This document shows, piece after piece, positions 63,676 through 64,000 of a stretch of DNA of 64,000 nt; position 1 is the stretch's first letter; every line of letters starts with the position of its first letter. The stretch lies in assembly GCA_002633005.1 (NCBI GenBank), contig NMRA01000069.1, forward strand, positions 487,740 through 551,739, given 5' to 3'. A program made the position numbers and the translations under genes. This stretch comes from Phoronis australis (lineage: Eukaryota; Animalia; Phoronida). A model generated the notes under the pieces. The model made no database searches. It was not told the DNA's origin and saw only the letters and a program-made list of their open reading frames with translations.

Positions 63676-64000
63676 CTGCAAAAACAAAGAGTTTGGGTAA
63701 GCAACGATGCAAAAGGTTTTGACCACAAGCTATTGATAAACTGATGTTGCAAGATAATACAGAACTAACTCAAGCTATTGCAAAAACTGTAATTTACAAC
63801 TTTGTGTCATGATTAATTCATAAAGCCCACCTACAACAAAAATATAACCCCTCAATGTAATCTATGAATAATTTGCTTATTTCTTGATCTTATATCTTTC
63901 TCAGATTAAATAGTTTACTCTCAGTCTAGTCGCAGTCTTGTCCCAACTTTAAAAAGTCCATAGTCCCGTTCCAAGAAAACTGACTTAAGATAGCTGCGAC

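Overview
AT-rich, intron-rich animal genomic DNA, probably a marine invertebrate (the taxon is inferred, not proven), with two assembly gaps. I reconstructed five spliced genes by hand from GT-AG junctions. They are arranged head-to-head and tail-to-tail: PIGO (-, runs off the left edge), alpha-endosulfine/ARPP19 (+), an unrecognised 178-aa gene (-), Cactin (+, 17 coding exons, 737 aa) and DAP3/MRPS29 (-, runs off the right edge). The main discovery lies in Cactin's 12.1-kb intron 12: an antisense tandem cluster of three intact two-exon genes for small secreted cysteine-rich peptides. Each has a pacifastin-type protease-inhibitor motif (C-x10-CNWCSC-x8/9-CTLMAC) split across an intron, plus a second 4-Cys module. 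The copies differ by a stop/KR switch, loss of a polyA region and copy-specific insertions, one of which carries a Penelope-type hammerhead-like motif. The rest is non-autonomous transposons (MITEs with TA, TTA and 6-bp TSDs), tRNA-derived SINE-like elements, foldbacks, minisatellites and a probable haplotype-duplication artefact.
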